Source: a virus | Taxonomy: Duplodnaviria; Caudoviricetes | Length of the DNA: 64,000 nucleotides | IMG/VR virus record: IMGVR_UViG_640069307_000003 | Span: 24,097-88,096 of that record | Reading direction: 5' to 3' (one strand) | Shown here: positions 17,102 through 26,511 of the stretch, in pieces | How positions within the stretch are numbered: the stretch's first letter is position 1 | Layout: each line of letters begins with the position of its first letter | Translations under genes and position numbers: made by a program | Notes under the pieces: model-generated | What the model saw: only the letters and a program-made list of their open reading frames with translations | Database searches by the model: none | What the model was told of the DNA's origin: nothing

Positions 17102-17752
17102 TCAGGTTGTCGCCGCGCTGGCGGCCTGCGGCGTGTCAGCCTTCATAGGTGGGTCCGCGAGGATCGGCGGCGGCACGTAGTCGGGCGGCGCGGGCATAAA
17201 TCCATGCTTGACCGCCCATTCCTGCACGGTCCTGAAATCCTCGACTATCGCGTCGGCTTCATGGGCGGAGGCGCGAAGGTGTCGTTGAGTGTCGTCAGGA
17301 AGTGCGACGGTGGCGGCAATCCACGCATCATAGCGGCCGGGACTTGCGGCTTGGGTTCCGGCAGGCACGCTGCCACTACCGGCGCTTGCGGCTGCTGTGC
17401 AGACGGTGGTTGGAATGCGCAGCCCGCCGTATTCGCGAGCAGCAGCATCGAGAGCAGCAATACGCTGCCTGAGCGAAGAAACGGCTTTTTCATGGTCCTG
17501 TTGCACCTGTAGGTTGTTCGCGTCGATTTTCGCCTGCTTCGCCGCGTTGTCCTCGGCACGCTTCTGCGTTGCCGCGGACTCGAACGCCGTGCGGGCGACT
17601 TCTTTTTGCTGCCATACCGTGCGCTCTGCCAGTTGCCCCGCCTGATACGACGCCGATAGCTGGCCGTCGTACCAATGCAGGACAAAATAGCCAAGCGCGC
17701 CGACTGCCGCGAGCAGCAGCGCGGCAATCGCCAACTTCACATACCCGCTCAT
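17102..17752 (-). CDS. rz: Rz-like inner-membrane spanin
   Basis: Single N-terminal TM helix followed by a coiled coil, downstream of the endolysin. Confidence 0.75.
   Translation of the reverse strand: MSGYVKLAIAALLLAAVGALGYFVLHWYDGQLSASYQAGQLAERTVWQQKEVARTAFESAATQKRAEDNAAKQAKIDANNLQVQQDHEKAVSSLRQRIAALDAAAREYGGLRIPTTVCTAAASAGSGSVPAGTQAASPGRYDAWIAATVALPDDTQRHLRASAHEADAIVEDFRTVQEWAVKHGFMPAPPDYVPPPILADPPMKADTPQAASAATT
17245..17493 (-). CDS. rz1: Rz1-like embedded outer-membrane spanin lipoprotein
   Basis: Alternative frame within Rz; MKKPF..LLLSMLLLANTAG-C lipobox; Pro-rich 82 aa. Confidence 0.75.
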   Translation of the reverse strand: MKKPFLRSGSVLLLSMLLLANTAGCAFQPPSAQQPQAPVVAACLPEPKPQVPAAMMRGLPPPSHFLTTLNDTFAPPPMKPTR

Positions 17753-18078
17753 TCGTGTCCGTCTCCTTCAAAGTGATGGATGGTGGTGGTGCTCGAAAAC
17801 ACGTAGCCCTCGACGCCGTAGCGCTTCGCGACCCAAAGCGGAAATGGCATGTCGTGAATGCCGTCGTTCTTCGCCGTAGGGTAGTGGTGCGCTTCGAGCG
17901 GATGGCCGCTTTCCTCTGCCGTCGCGCCGGAAATCCAGCAACGCCCGCCCTCGCGCTCTATGAGCTGCTTTTTCGAGTGCGAGAAAAGCGCCGTCGTCGT
18001 GCGCGCCTCGTGGCCCGGAATGTTGACCTCGACCGAGAGCGTTTCGCGCTCGACGTGGACCTGCGTAACCTCACTCAT
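17749..18078 (-). CDS. Hypothetical (HNH-like) protein in the lysis cassette
   Basis: Start MSEVTQ at 18078; RCWISG..LEAHH..GIH motif; coupled to neighbours. Confidence 0.55.
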   Translation of the reverse strand: MSEVTQVHVERETLSVEVNIPGHEARTTTALFSHSKKQLIEREGGRCWISGATAEESGHPLEAHHYPTAKNDGIHDMPFPLWVAKRYGVEGYVFSSTTTIHHFEGDGHE

Positions 18079-18716
18079 ACAATCACTTCCTTTGCGATTT
18101 GCCACAGACCAAGGCGCTCGTTCGCGCCAATGCTGCCGCCGTTGATAACCTTGGTCGTACCCGCGAAATTGCCGCTGTCCGCAAGCTGGTTCAGGTTGTG
18201 CGCATTCCAGAACCACGCAGCAGACTGGCAGGCATGCTCAGGCTGTTCGAGCAGTTCCGGGTGCTCGATAACGTCGAGGTGGAGCGCCATCAAGCAGGCG
18301 ACGTAATTCGCCTTGCCGGTGATCTGAAATCCGCCGCGCCCGCGGTATTTCCAGCCGTCGCCGCTCGCCTCGTTGCCGTTGCCGAGTCGGTCGGCATACA
18401 CGTTGTTTGCGATGGCGACAGGGTTGCGATTCAGGCGCATGGCGAGCGTGTTGGGCGCGCCCGCGGCCTTGCCGGTGGTTGAATAGCGGTTCGGCCAGGT
18501 ATTCGCCAATCCTTGCGCCGAGTAGTTGAGGTTTTCGACAAGGCGCGATAGCTGACCGGTTTCATGCGCGAACTGCGCGAGGAACATTTCCACGCGCTGC
18601 TCCGTCGTGATTCCCCATTGCTGCATTGCCGCGTTCAGCGGATCGACGAACGCAGGGATGATGCGCGCCGCGAGCGGCATGATCCGCTGAAGCTGCGATG
18701 CCGTGACGACCGTCAT
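18075..18716 (-). CDS. Glycoside hydrolase family 19 endolysin
   Basis: FLAQFAHETG, ENLNYS, YRGRGGFQITGKANY, SAAWFW, INGG. Confidence 0.92.
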   Translation of the reverse strand: MTVVTASQLQRIMPLAARIIPAFVDPLNAAMQQWGITTEQRVEMFLAQFAHETGQLSRLVENLNYSAQGLANTWPNRYSTTGKAAGAPNTLAMRLNRNPVAIANNVYADRLGNGNEASGDGWKYRGRGGFQITGKANYVACLMALHLDVIEHPELLEQPEHACQSAAWFWNAHNLNQLADSGNFAGTTKVINGGSIGANERLGLWQIAKEVIV

Positions 18717-19129
18717 TGAGCCCCCCCGCCAACAAACTTCGAGAGACGGTCAATCAGAGCGGACAAGACGGGTTCGAGCACACGCGAGCCACCATAGCCT
18801 GCGAGCGTAATCAGCCCTGCCTGCGCGACCGCAGCCCAGTTGAAGTACGAGCCGATACAGAAAACGAGCAGGCCCGCCACAATCGAATTGAGCACGTCGC
18901 GAATGATCGTCTTGACAGGGCTGACAATCGTCACGGCCGGGTCCGCGATTTTCTGCGCGGTGAATGCTGCGCCGCCGATGATCGACAGCAGGCACGAGAT
19001 TGCAACCGCGACGGGCGGAATGTCGCTCAGGTCATGTACGAAAGTCGCTTGTGCGGCATAGGCCGCGACCGACCAGAACAGCATCAGCCAGATAAACACG
19101 AGGCGCTTTAGTTGCAGGCTTGCAGGCAT
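18713..19129 (-). CDS. Holin-like membrane protein
   Basis: Three to four hydrophobic segments, directly upstream of the endolysin. Confidence 0.6.
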   Translation of the reverse strand: MPASLQLKRLVFIWLMLFWSVAAYAAQATFVHDLSDIPPVAVAISCLLSIIGGAAFTAQKIADPAVTIVSPVKTIIRDVLNSIVAGLLVFCIGSYFNWAAVAQAGLITLAGYGGSRVLEPVLSALIDRLSKFVGGGAQ

Positions 19130-19539
19130 GTTGCGTCCTTTGATCGTTGGTGAGCATCAATAAGAGAAAAGGCGACGACCAAAAGGGCGTTCCAGAGCGA
19201 GTACGCAGCCATCCACGGTGATTTGACGGATAGGGCCGCGATGAAAATCTGACAGACGTAGCAGAAGGCGAGGCCGGAGAATCCGAAGTGCCGATGTGTG
19301 CGCGCTGCTTCGATGCGAAAGCGGAACAGGCCGGTGTCGTTGATGAGTACGTCGGCGATGCCAACTAGCCCGCACGCGAGCATCATCCAGAGAATCAGTG
19401 CGCCGCCATCGGTGCGCATGAGGAGCGCAGACATTGACCGCTCCTCGAAATACGCGATAAACCACATCATCACGGCAACGCCGCACACATACAGACGGAA
19501 TACGGCACTTGCCAGACACACTTGCGGTCGATTCGTCAT
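19108..19539 (-). CDS. Membrane protein (holin/antiholin candidate)
   Basis: About four TM segments, overlapping the holin-like gene. Confidence 0.55.
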   Translation of the reverse strand: MTNRPQVCLASAVFRLYVCGVAVMMWFIAYFEERSMSALLMRTDGGALILWMMLACGLVGIADVLINDTGLFRFRIEAARTHRHFGFSGLAFCYVCQIFIAALSVKSPWMAAYSLWNALLVVAFSLIDAHQRSKDATCLQACN

Positions 19540-19576
19540 TTCCGCGCCCTACAGTCAAAAACTTGGGTGGAAGCGG

Positions 19577-19810
19577 CTACATGCGCCGCTTTGTTAAGAC
19601 GTTCCCAAGATTGCCGAGAGTGCGAATGATGTTGTCGAGCCGGTCACAGATCGCGAGGTACAGCTTGTTCTTTGCCTCGCGCGATTTTTTCCAGTCCTGA
19701 TAAGCCTTGCTTTCGAAAATCGTTCTGATATCCGACTGCCGCATCTGTAGCGCCTTGTGGAAGTCGATACCAAAGTTTAAGAACAGACTCGCGGCCGTCT
19801 CGTTATGATT
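19577..19810 (-). CDS. Small morphogenesis protein or frameshift extension of the upstream gene; start uncertain
   Basis: Protein-like frame NETAASLFLNFGIDFHKALQMRQSDIRTIFESKAYQDWKK... overlapping the 19803 stop. Confidence 0.5.
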   Translation of the reverse strand, partial: NHNETAASLFLNFGIDFHKALQMRQSDIRTIFESKAYQDWKKSREAKNKLYLAICDRLDNIIRTLGNLGNVLTKRRM

Positions 19811-20561
19811 TTCCAGTGAGCGAGAGCGCCAGCTCAGAGAGGCAGGCAAGAACGAGAAATCGCGCGGGCGACAGTGGATCGCCCGCCTCCTTTGGCAATA
19901 CGATGATGCCCTCACCATCGAACCAGACCCGGAAAAACTGCATCGCCTGCGCCTGCGCATCGCGATACTTCGCGAACAGTTCCGACGTGACCGAGCCGGG
20001 CAGCGCGCGCATGACGGCGTGGCGCGTGCGCAGCCAATCGATGTACTCGGTCGGGTTTGCTACTGCATCGGGCGCGGTTTCGCCCGGCCGCTTCAGTTGC
20101 GCTGCGAGCAGGCCCATGAGCCAGAAGCTATGTCCGTTCAGATCGCTTTCTAGTTGCAGCGTTTCGAGCGCTTCGGCCTCCGCTCCGATCAGCGGATGAA
20201 CCGTCCATTGATCGCCGCACGCATCAAACGTAGGCAGCGCGCCGGGCAGGTCGCGCGACATATCGAGGTAGTCGAACAGCTTGCCAGCCTCCGTCACGGC
20301 GTAATTCGGGCCGTCGCTCGCGGTGTGCGTCGTGTAGTGCGCGAGCACGAGCAGGCGCTCCGATACCGTCCACGCGCGCGGGTCCGCGATGTGTTTCGGC
20401 GAAGGCGTACTCGCCGCTTTGATTGCGCACTGCAGGAATGCCGTAAGCGCCTTTTCGTGCGCCTTGTCGGGCAGGTAGCACAGCGCGATTTCATCGCCAA
20501 TGCCCAATTCATGTAGCGTCACATCGAGGCGGCGCGTGCTCAGTGGTGAAAACACGATCAT
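19803..20561 (-). CDS. P1-type tail/baseplate morphogenesis protein
   Basis: Start MIVFSPL at 20561 (ATGA coupling); position downstream of the gp21/22/23 block as in P1. Confidence 0.55.
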   Translation of the reverse strand: MIVFSPLSTRRLDVTLHELGIGDEIALCYLPDKAHEKALTAFLQCAIKAASTPSPKHIADPRAWTVSERLLVLAHYTTHTASDGPNYAVTEAGKLFDYLDMSRDLPGALPTFDACGDQWTVHPLIGAEAEALETLQLESDLNGHSFWLMGLLAAQLKRPGETAPDAVANPTEYIDWLRTRHAVMRALPGSVTSELFAKYRDAQAQAMQFFRVWFDGEGIIVLPKEAGDPLSPARFLVLACLSELALSLTGKS

Positions 20562-21442
20562 GCGTAGATCCTTTGAATGTCTCGACGGTCGATAGCCGTC
20601 AACGTGGCGAGCGTCACGTTCACGCTGCATGAAATCATCACGCCGTCCACGTCGCGCGGCCCGGTAATGGGATCAGAAACAGATTCGATGACAAGCGGCT
20701 CATAGGTCATGTCGCCGTAGCGCATGCCGATGATTTGCGGGGCCATCGACGGGAAAATGGTTTGCACGATGCCGTCTTTCGAGCCGTTTTTGATCGCGTT
20801 CGCCAACACTCCATCGGCGGCGAGGTATTGCGGCACGGCCCATTGCTTGAGCATCGAGATGGGCGCCTTGACCTCTGTAACGGGGTCAATCAGCGCACGA
20901 AAATGCAGCATCATCGACAGCTTGACGGGCGGCATACCCTGAAAAACTTGCGTCGAGTTCAGCTTGGTAATGCCGACACGGCCCTCCGCCGAGGCGAGCG
21001 CTGCGCTTGCCGAATCCGTGGCGGAAGTCGCACCGGTCTGCTCGCCAATGGCCTGCACGGCAGGCGACAGTGAGCCGGATTGCAGCATGGACGAAACCGT
21101 TGGCGCTTTCGATTCCGCACCCGCGCCCTCGAACGGCGAATGCCAATTCAGCGACATTTCGCTTTGCCCGTCCGTGATCGGGCACCAGACCTCGTAGCCG
21201 TCATCGACTGTGAAATTGTCCGCGGCGGAAAGCTGCCTAACGTCATTGCTTTGCGTCCAGCCGTCGGACGTGCGTTTGAGTGGATAGAACTTCGCGAGCA
21301 GGTTTGGATTGAGGCCGGTCCAGTCGGATTTCAGCACGCGCGTCGTCAAGAGCCGTTGCACACTCTGCGCGGCACGGTCGAGAGAAAACGAGCTACCCAC
21401 CGAACTAGGCAGCGTGGAGGCAATGGAGTCGAAAATCGACAT
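20558..21442 (-). CDS. P1-type baseplate/tail tube initiator-like protein
   Basis: 294 aa; C-terminal IGMRYGDMTYEPLVIESVS..VTLAT resembles tube-initiator folds; synteny. Confidence 0.5.
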   Translation of the reverse strand: MSIFDSIASTLPSSVGSSFSLDRAAQSVQRLLTTRVLKSDWTGLNPNLLAKFYPLKRTSDGWTQSNDVRQLSAADNFTVDDGYEVWCPITDGQSEMSLNWHSPFEGAGAESKAPTVSSMLQSGSLSPAVQAIGEQTGATSATDSASAALASAEGRVGITKLNSTQVFQGMPPVKLSMMLHFRALIDPVTEVKAPISMLKQWAVPQYLAADGVLANAIKNGSKDGIVQTIFPSMAPQIIGMRYGDMTYEPLVIESVSDPITGPRDVDGVMISCSVNVTLATLTAIDRRDIQRIYA

Positions 21443-21519
21443 AGCGGCGGCAGGGAAGGGGTAGGAGCCGATGCGCGCCCGCGGGCCTTGGCGAGGCCGC
21501 GGGCGCGGGCGCGAGCCTA

Positions 21520-22227
21520 TTACAGGCCCGCGCGCTTGCGGATGCGCAGCGACTTCATGCGCCGCATCATGGCCGCAGCCGAATGTGACTTGCGGATCAT
21601 TTTGCGCACCGCGACTTTTTGTTTCGCCGACAGGCGGACCGCGCCGGAAATCCGCTTGTTGATGCGGACTTTCTTACCGGCGCGCACGACGACCTTTTTC
21701 CGGTAGACGGCATCGGTGATGAGTTCGCCAGCCGAATCGAATACGGATTGCTCCGCGTCGGTATCGAATGCGAACGCATCGAGGTCGTCGAGCGCGGCGT
21801 CATCGTCGCCCGATACGCCCGAGTCGGCGAGCAAGTCGCGCACGCGAGCGGCGGCGTCTGCGTCCCAGTCGTTGAGCAGCGCGTTGCAATCCTCGTCCGA
21901 TACGCCCTTGTCCAGCAGGTAATCCCACATGGATTCGAGCAGCGCGTCGGCGGCGGCCTGCTCATCGTCGGAGAGTTCGCCATCCTTGTCTGAGTCGATG
22001 ATGCCCACCACGAGCATCAGCAGGCGGTCGGCCAGCGATTCGCCGTCGGCGAGGTCATCGGTCGACGTACCTGCGAACTCTTGCAGGATCGAGGCTGCTT
22101 TCATGCGGATATCAGCCGAAGCGTAATCGGCCGCCGCGCTGCCTTCTTCCTCGTCGGCCGCACTATCGAGCACGACTTCCGGCTTGCGCGTGAGCAGCGT
22201 GCGCATCTTGTGCTTGTAGTCGATCAT
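21520..22227 (-). CDS. P1 gp21-like structural protein
   Basis: Acidic body and very basic C-terminus (RLSAKQKVAVRK..RRMKSLRIRKRAGL); follows the sheath as in P1. Confidence 0.6.
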   Translation of the reverse strand: MIDYKHKMRTLLTRKPEVVLDSAADEEEGSAAADYASADIRMKAASILQEFAGTSTDDLADGESLADRLLMLVVGIIDSDKDGELSDDEQAAADALLESMWDYLLDKGVSDEDCNALLNDWDADAAARVRDLLADSGVSGDDDAALDDLDAFAFDTDAEQSVFDSAGELITDAVYRKKVVVRAGKKVRINKRISGAVRLSAKQKVAVRKMIRKSHSAAAMMRRMKSLRIRKRAGL

Positions 22228-22243
22228 GTTGCGTTTCCCTCCC

Positions 22244-23863
22244 TTATTGCGACAGGGTTTGTTGAACGTAGGTCGCACGGTTCACGCCGTCATAGTGCGT
22301 GCCGTAATTCACGTCCATGCGGTCGGCCGGGCGTTGCGCATTGCGCGTGACCGTGAAGGTCCAGCCCGCATCGCCCAACACCGGATCGTTCGAGGCAACG
22401 AGCCAGTTCGATGCGCGCATGGCGGTGAGCGTGAACTTCAGGAACGCCGTCATGCGCTTGATGGCAATGTCCATCGGCAGTTGCAGGCATTCCTTGCCGT
22501 ACTTCACGACCATGTCATCGAGGCTCGCCGACATTTCTGCAACAGAAATCAGCTTGCGGTACGAGGTCGTAACCTGCGCAGCCGTGAGCGAGTCCACGAA
22601 CACGTACTTGCTGCCGCCCGTATAGCGTTCGAGAATGACCGGGTTGATCTTCGCGAGCGCGAGGTCGCTCTTTTGAACGTCGCTCGGCGTGTACAGTTGC
22701 ACGACACCGGTACGGTTGATCGGCCAGTCCTTACCCGCAATCGGGTAGTTCTTCGGAGCGAGGCCGTACGAGTTCGTCTGCGCATTGCGCGCGCAGCGCT
22801 GACCGGCTTGGAAGCCGCCGAGGCCAATGATGGCCTTGCCGCCATTGACTGGGTCATTCGTATTGAGCGGTGCCCAGTAGATGCTGACGTAGTGCGTATC
22901 GAGGCCCAGTTGCGACACGAACGTTTGAGCCGCGTCCGGCGTAAGGCTGCCCGGCACGTCGAGCACGAAATGCCGGTTTGCACGCACGCACAACGCCGCC
23001 AGCTTCGAGAGCAGGGCGACAGCCTGCGAGCCGCCGCTAATCAGGTAGCCGAAATCGAGCGTGCCGTTTTCGAGCTTCGAGATAGCCGCGTCGTAATCGG
23101 TCGATGCATACGCGGTGCCGCCTTCCGAGAACAGCACGAGGTTGCTCGATGCAACGAATTTGTCGGTGCCGTCGGTATTGCGGCCGTAGCAGTCGGCATT
23201 AGTTGCGACAGCCGCGGTAGCGGAGACGGAAACCGTAATCAGGTCCGTCAGTTCGGCAAACTTCGATCCGATGAAATAGTCGTTGCCGTATTCATCGACT
23301 GCGGTTTGATCGAGTGAGCCTGTCACTTCGTAGCGCACGTTGCCGTTCGGCTCTTTCACGCGAATCGTGACGATTTTCGACGGGGCCGGTGCGCCCGCAC
23401 TCGTCGCTTTCTTCGCGTTGACTTCGAGCAGCACGCCATCGTTAAAGCATTCGAGGTCGTCGAGGTAGAGCAGGTAGTTTGCCGTCGGCGCAGTGGGGGA
23501 CACGCTGAAGGTGCTTGCACCGCTCACGTCGTCGATCTTGAGCACGGCAAAGGAGCGCGCAGCAGCAGCGGGTGCGAGGCGTTGCACGACCGCCGACACT
23601 GCGCCGTTATTCACGGCCTCGTACAGTTGGACGTATGCCTCGTTGAGCGCCGACACGCGTAGCGATTCAGGCGCGCCGAGCTTGGACTTGAGCGTGCCGC
23701 GGTCCACGACAAACGGCGCGTCGATGCGCCCGCGCTTGAACCGGCCAACGATACCGACGACCTGATCGCCATTGCCAGCGGAAAAGCCGTCGGTGTTGTC
23801 CTTCAGCGGATTGAGTTGAACGCCCGACTGCGCCCCGAGACTACGGGTATGCGAATAGAACAT
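22244..23863 (-). CDS. Contractile tail sheath (P1 gp22-like)
   Basis: 539 aa; NYPIAGKDWP..LALAKINPV..FVDSLT sheath-type C-terminus. Confidence 0.75.
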   Translation of the reverse strand: MFYSHTRSLGAQSGVQLNPLKDNTDGFSAGNGDQVVGIVGRFKRGRIDAPFVVDRGTLKSKLGAPESLRVSALNEAYVQLYEAVNNGAVSAVVQRLAPAAAARSFAVLKIDDVSGASTFSVSPTAPTANYLLYLDDLECFNDGVLLEVNAKKATSAGAPAPSKIVTIRVKEPNGNVRYEVTGSLDQTAVDEYGNDYFIGSKFAELTDLITVSVSATAAVATNADCYGRNTDGTDKFVASSNLVLFSEGGTAYASTDYDAAISKLENGTLDFGYLISGGSQAVALLSKLAALCVRANRHFVLDVPGSLTPDAAQTFVSQLGLDTHYVSIYWAPLNTNDPVNGGKAIIGLGGFQAGQRCARNAQTNSYGLAPKNYPIAGKDWPINRTGVVQLYTPSDVQKSDLALAKINPVILERYTGGSKYVFVDSLTAAQVTTSYRKLISVAEMSASLDDMVVKYGKECLQLPMDIAIKRMTAFLKFTLTAMRASNWLVASNDPVLGDAGWTFTVTRNAQRPADRMDVNYGTHYDGVNRATYVQQTLSQ

Positions 23864-23890
23864 GAATTTTCCTCTTGTCCCGTTGTGGGA

Positions 23891-24178
23891 TTAGTCCGCA
23901 TCCACAATGCGCAGCGGCTTGACTTCCGCATCCTTGTAGCTGTCGTTCAGGAACAGCAGGTGCGCGATGTCCGTTTCGTGCCGCGCCAGTTCGTCCTCGT
24001 TGGCGACCGTGACCGGCTTGCTTTCTCCCGGTGCGACGTGCGTGCGCGCGACGACATACGGCATGGCCGTTTCGTTCACGAGCGTCATCTCGCGCGGGAA
24101 GGCGGGCTTCGCCGTGGCGGCCTTTTTCGAGGGCGCAGCCTTCGCGGTTGCCTTGGTTTCTTCGTTCGGAGTTTCCAC
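23891..24178 (-). CDS. Small virion-associated hypothetical protein
   Basis: Between capsid and sheath genes. Confidence 0.6.
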   Translation of the reverse strand: METPNEETKATAKAAPSKKAATAKPAFPREMTLVNETAMPYVVARTHVAPGESKPVTVANEDELARHETDIAHLLFLNDSYKDAEVKPLRIVDAD

Positions 24179-24266
24179 AGTGATCCTTTCGGGTGATCTT
24201 TGAGAAGCGGCGGCATGGCGTGGTGCCTATGCCGCCGCGAGACTCACGGCGCGGGGCCGTGCGCGC

Positions 24267-25898
24267 TTACTTCAGGTTGATCGCTTGGATCAGCGCGCAA
24301 CCGGCTGCCGACATGGCGTGCGGGTTCAGGTTCGTGAAGCTGCGGGCGTTGAAGCCATAGCCCTGCTTCAGGTCCGTAGCCATACCGAGCGGCTCGAAAA
24401 TCGGCGCGCTGGCGTCGCCGAAAATGATCGGGCAGCGCGCCGTTTGCGACGAGCGGCCCACGCACAGGATTTCAGCCGAGGAGCCGTCGGCGGCTTCGTT
24501 CAGGCCCTTCGGCGTGTAGTACACGTCGTACTGGCCGAACAGGCGGCCGATGCGGTAGATACCCGCGCGGTCGGTCAGGCCCGACGGCTGGAACAGGTCG
24601 CTCGGCATCGAGCGGAACTGCGCCATCACGGCCTTGGTGACGTACAGGTGCGTCACGCCATGATCGGCGGTCTGCTCTGCCATCTTTTGCGATACGACGC
24701 CCAGCACCGCTTGGAAGTCCTGCCAGATTTGCGCACGGGTCTTTTGCAGGATCTGCTCGGCGTACTGGAAGTCGTATTGCGCGGTGTTGTTGAAGCGGCC
24801 AACCATCTTCGCCTTGTTGATGGCGTTGTAGTGGCGCTCCATCGCGTACTGGTTGCGGACGACCATCATCGCTTCAGCCGACGGGTCAACGCCAACTTCG
24901 TTCGCGAACTGCGAGCGGGTTTCCGGCGTGCTCTGGAACACGGCGCGGTACGGTGCGGCGAACATCTGATAGACCATCGCCTGCACCGCCATCTTCGGCG
25001 TGACGCTCGGCTCGATTTCGAAGTCGACGAACGCTTCGCAGTTGACGACAGTGCCGGCGGGGAAGGGTGTATCCGGCGTAATCGACACTTCGCCGGTTGC
25101 GGGCTTGACCGTGCCCGTCAGGTTGTAGGTCGTGCCAGCGAGCACGATGGAGCCGACGATCGGCACGCTTGCGGCCGTGCTCGGACCGTTGGAGATTTCG
25201 ACCGCGGCGATTTGTCCGTTGACGTACACGATCGAGCGGCCGCGCAGCAGGTTCAGCGCAGCACCAGCGCCTTTCTGTGCCTGAAACGTGAACTTGTAGG
25301 CGGCGGTGTCGTTCGGGGCCGACAGTTCAAGCGTGCGAGCCGCGCCGAGGTACGAGCCGCCCGAGGCGATGCCGTCCATCAGGTCGCCTTGGGTGTAATC
25401 CCCCCAGTTCGAACCGGCTTGGTGCGACACGATGATGAGTCGCGCCTCGTTCGAGCCGCGGTCAGCAGGCAGATAGCCTGCGAACGGGCACGCTTCAGCC
25501 ATCGAGCCGAGGATAGCGACGACCGGCGCATTCGGCACGAGCGAAATTTGATCGTGGTGGCTGTTGTTTGCCGAGTCGTACAGGCTGTATGCCTGATCGA
25601 CAGCGGACAGCAGCAGGTCGCCCGACGGTGCGAAGCCATGTTCCGTCTGGTAGTCGCGTGCGCCGTCGAACAGCGCCTGCACGATGGCCGGTTCGTCTTT
25701 TTCCGACGCCTTGCCGAGCAGTTCGTCGAGCACGCGCGGCGTCGCGCCCGATTCGCTCTTGATCGACTCGAATGCAGCGCTCGCGGCCGATGCCGAATCG
25801 AGCACCATGCCGTTGGTGTGGGCGGCAGCTGCGCTGCGCACGAACCGTTCGAGTTCGTGCTGATGTTCCACGGTGTACTTCGAGGGAGTTCCGCTCAT
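24267..25898 (-). CDS. Major capsid protein (P1 gp23-like)
   Basis: 543 aa; HK97-like YRIGRLFGQYDVYYTP C-terminal motif; upstream of the sheath gene as in P1. Confidence 0.75.
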   Translation of the reverse strand: MSGTPSKYTVEHQHELERFVRSAAAAHTNGMVLDSASAASAAFESIKSESGATPRVLDELLGKASEKDEPAIVQALFDGARDYQTEHGFAPSGDLLLSAVDQAYSLYDSANNSHHDQISLVPNAPVVAILGSMAEACPFAGYLPADRGSNEARLIIVSHQAGSNWGDYTQGDLMDGIASGGSYLGAARTLELSAPNDTAAYKFTFQAQKGAGAALNLLRGRSIVYVNGQIAAVEISNGPSTAASVPIVGSIVLAGTTYNLTGTVKPATGEVSITPDTPFPAGTVVNCEAFVDFEIEPSVTPKMAVQAMVYQMFAAPYRAVFQSTPETRSQFANEVGVDPSAEAMMVVRNQYAMERHYNAINKAKMVGRFNNTAQYDFQYAEQILQKTRAQIWQDFQAVLGVVSQKMAEQTADHGVTHLYVTKAVMAQFRSMPSDLFQPSGLTDRAGIYRIGRLFGQYDVYYTPKGLNEAADGSSAEILCVGRSSQTARCPIIFGDASAPIFEPLGMATDLKQGYGFNARSFTNLNPHAMSAAGCALIQAINLK

Positions 25899-25969
25899 TG
25901 GTTCACGTACCTAATAAAGAGGGTTATCAAACAAGAGCACGGAACTCCGTGCCTTTACTTTGAGATTTC

Positions 25970-26016
25970 ATTGTCGAGGGCGAATTTCGGGGGTCTCGCT
26001 TTCCCTTTTCCTAACG
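25970..26016 (-). promoter_or_regulatory. Putative late promoter (capsid operon)
   Basis: CGTTAGGAAAA-30-GACAAT on the minus strand. Confidence 0.6.
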
Positions 26017-26020
26017 GAGT

Positions 26021-26503
26021 TCAGGCAGCGAGCGCCTTCAATTCGTCGCGTCTCATAGTGGCTTCGGAGATTGCTTCGTCGATGGCGGCGATCTTGTCGC
26101 GCAGCACCTGTTCGAGCTTGGGCGCAGCCGTGCGGATACCGGGCGGAAGCGCGACCTTGGCTTTGGCGAGCGCTGCCTGAAACTTGCTGCGGCCCTTGAC
26201 CATGAGGGCGGATAGCTCCTCGATAGCCGCGCCGTGGTCGTCGGGGTTCTTCAGCGGGACCGCTTTGCCGTTGAGCTTGACTTGCGCCACGTCGCCGGTA
26301 GCGTTGACGCCGAAGCGGATCGTCTGGCTATCAGCAAAGCCGAATTGCACTTCGCGATACTCGACGCCAAGCGTCTTTTTCGTCTTGGCGTCCACGTCCA
26401 CAGAGGTCACTTGCGCGCCCGCGCGCGCGAAAGCGCGCTTGGCCGCCGCAATGGCCTTGTCTTTGTGGGAGAGGTTGTAAATGTCGAAAATCAGGTTTTT
26501 CAT
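26021..26503 (-). CDS. hdf: Hdf-like protein (stand-alone DarA N-terminal-type domain)
   Basis: GVEYREVQFGFADSQTI..GDVAQVKLNGKAVP..RSKFQAAL resembles the DarA_N core. Confidence 0.6.
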   Translation of the reverse strand: MKNLIFDIYNLSHKDKAIAAAKRAFARAGAQVTSVDVDAKTKKTLGVEYREVQFGFADSQTIRFGVNATGDVAQVKLNGKAVPLKNPDDHGAAIEELSALMVKGRSKFQAALAKAKVALPPGIRTAAPKLEQVLRDKIAAIDEAISEATMRRDELKALAA

Positions 26504-26511
26504 AGAATTCC

